From: Eledone cirrhosa
Taxonomy: Eukaryota
DNA: 64,000 nt
NCBI GenBank assembly: GCA_964016885.1
Contig: OZ024742.1
Location: forward strand, 120,776,001-120,840,000
Direction: 5' to 3'
Under the pieces are notes generated by a model. It saw nothing but the letters and a program-made list of their open reading frames with translations, did no database searches and was not told where the DNA came from. Positions 61,501 to 64,000 of the stretch are shown piece after piece. How positions within the stretch are numbered: position 1 is the first letter of the stretch; every line of letters begins with the position of its first letter. The position numbers and the translations under genes were made by a program.

Positions 61501-64000
61501 TGTGTGTCTCTATGTGTGTGTGTTCATGTGTGTGTCTCCATGTGTGTGTCTCCATGTGTGTGTGTTCATGTGTGTGTCTCCATGTGTAAGTGTTCATGTG
61601 TGTGTCTCCATGTGTGTGTGTTCATGTGTGTGTCTCCATGTGTAAGTGTTCATGTGTGTGTCTCCATGTGTAAGTGTTCATGTGTGTGTCTCCATGTGTG
61701 TGTGTTCATGTGTGTGTCTCCATGTGTGTGTGTTCATGTGTGTGTCTCTATGTGTAAGTGTTCATGTGTGTGTCTCCATGTGTAAGTGTTCATGTGTGTG
61801 TCTCCATCTGTAAGTGTTCATGTGTGTGTCTCCATGTGTGTGTGTTCATGTGTGTGTCTCCATGTGTAAGTGTTCATGTGTGTGTCTCCAGTTTCCATGT
61901 GTGTGTGTTCATGTGTGTGTCTCTATGTGTGTGTGTTCATGTGTGTGTCTCCATGTGTGTGTGTTCATGTGTGTGTCTCCATGTGTAAGTGTTCATGTGT
62001 GTGTCTCCATGTGTAAGTGTTCATGTGTGTGTCTCCATGTGTAAGTGTTCATGTGTGTGTCTCCATGTGTGTGTGTTCGTGTGTGTGTCTCCATGTGTAA
62101 GTGTTCATGTGTGTGTCTCCAGTCTCCATGTGTGTGTGTTCATGTGTGTGTCTCCATGTGTGTGTGTTCATGTGTGTGTCTCCATGTGTGTGTGTTCGTG
62201 TGTGTGTCTCCATGTGTAAGTGTTCATGTGTGTGTCTCCATGTGTGTGTGTTCATGTGTGTGTCTCCATGTGTAACTGTTCATGTGTGTGTCTCCATGTG
62301 TAAGTGTTCATGTGTGTGTCTCCATTTGTAAGTGTTCATGTGTGTATCTCCATGTGTGTGTGTTCATGTGTGTGTCTCCATGTGTAAGTGTTCATGTGTG
62401 TGTCTCCAGTCTCCATGTGTGTGTGTTCATGTGTGTGTCTCCATGTGTGTGTGTTCATGTGTGTGTCTCCATGTGTGTGTGTTCATGTGTGTGTCTCCAT
62501 GTGTAAGTGTTCATGTGTGTGTCTCCATGTGTGTGTGTTCATGTGTGTGTCTTCATGTGTGTGTGTTCATGTGTGTGTCTCCATGTGTAAGTGTTCATGT
62601 GTGTGTCTCCATGTGTGTGTGTTCATGTGTGTGTCTCCATGTGTGTGTGTTCATGTGTGTGTCTCCATGTGTGTGTGTTCATGTGTGTGTCTCCATGTGT
62701 AAGTGTTCATGTCTGTGTCTCCAGTCTCCATGTGTGTGTGTTCATGTGTGTGTCTCTATGTGTGTGTGTTCATGTGTGTGTCTCTATGTGTGTGTGTTCA
62801 TGTGTGTGTCTCCATGTGTGTGTGTTCATGTGTGTGTCTCCATGTGTAAGTGTTCATGTGTGTGTCTCCATGTGTAAGTGTTCATGTGTGTGTCTCCATG
62901 TGTAAGTGTTCATGTGTGTGTCTCCATGTGTGTGTGTTCATGTGTGTGTCTCCATGTGTGTGTGTTCATGTGTGTGTCTCCATGTGTAAGTGTTCATGTG
63001 TGTGTCTCCATGTGTGTGTGTTCATGTGTGTGTCTCCATGTGTGTGTGTTCATGTGTGTGTCTCCATGTGTGTGTGTTCATGTGTGTGTCTCCATGTGTG
63101 TGTGTTCATGTGTGTGTCTCCATGTGTGTGTGTTCATGTGTGTGTCTCCATGTGTAAGTGTTCATGTGTGTGTCTCCATGTGTGTGTGTTCATGTGTGTG
63201 TCTCCATGTGTGTGTGTTCATGTGTGTGTCTCCATGTGTGTGTGTTCATGTGTGTGTCTCCATCTGTAAGTGTTCATGTGTGTGTCTCCATGTGTGTGTG
63301 TTCATGTGTGTGTCTCCATGTGTGTGTGTTCATGTGTGTGTGTTCATGTGTGTGTGTCCATGTGTGTGTGTTCATGTGTGTGTCTCCATGTGTAAGTGTT
63401 CATGTGTGTGTCTCCATGTGTGTGTGTTCATGTGTGTGTCTCCATGTGTGTGTGTTCATGTGTGTGTCTCCATGTGTGTGTGTTCATGTGTGTGTCTCCA
63501 TCTGTAAGTGTTCATGTGTGTGTCTCCATGTGTGTGTGTTCATGTGTGTGTCTCCATGTGTGTGTGTTCATGTGTGTGTCTCCATGTGTGTGTGTTCATG
63601 TGTGTGTCTCCATGTGTAAGTGTTCATGTGTGTGTCTCCATGTGTAAGTGTTCATGTGTGTGTCTCCATCTGTAAGTGTTCATGTGTGTGTCTCCATGTG
63701 TGTGTGTTCATGTGTGTGTCTCCATGTGTGTGTGTTCATGTGTGTGTCTCCATGTGTGTGTGTTCATGTGTGTGTCTCCATGTGTAAGTGTTCATGTGTG
63801 TGTCTCCATGTGTGTGTGTTCATGTGTGTGTCTCCATGTGTGTGTGTTCATGTGTGTGTCTCCATGTGTGTGTGTTCATGTGTGTGTCTCCATGTGTGTG
63901 TGTTCATGTGTGTGTCTCCATGTGTGTGTGTTCATGTGTGTGTCTCCATGTGTAAGTGTTCATGTGTGTGTCTCCATGTGTGTGTGTTCATGTGTGTGTC
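58560..64000. repeat. 28-bp satellite (gtgttcatgtgtgtgtctccatgtgtgt/aa) with higher-order duplication, runs off the window
   Basis: Regular 28-bp unit built from two related 14-mers. Identical variant patterns recur 1733 bp apart. Confidence 0.98.

Noticed and set aside
52263-64000. Very long ORFs (up to 1922 aa) rich in H/T/Y/I or C/V/M
   Set aside because: These are translations of stop-poor GT/AC satellites, open in nearly all frames.

Overview
AT-rich, repeat-saturated animal genomic DNA with no recognisable host gene or exon. The SINE, RTE and MITE families resemble cephalopod (Octopus-like) repeats; the species is an inference. The window contains: a long 5'-truncated RTE LINE plus many RTE tails; R4/Dong-type restriction-like-endonuclease LINE fragments; CR1-type fragments; two Helitron remnants; hAT and pogo-type MITEs; tRNA-derived SINEs; many mini/microsatellites; and about 11.7 kb of (GT)-based satellite at the end. 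The most interesting signal is a recurring fold-back architecture of head-to-head inverted copies whose 3' ends point outward into (TA)n tracts. It occurs at 3.8 kb scale in a Penelope-like RT/GIY-YIG retroelement (47.6-51.4 kb) and as non-coding 400-550 bp palindromes (26.3, 39.8 and 40.6 kb). Two of the small palindromes contain type I hammerhead ribozyme motifs that can be folded by eye, and one has a ribozyme copy on each strand. Most ORF-track entries are artefacts of simple repeats.
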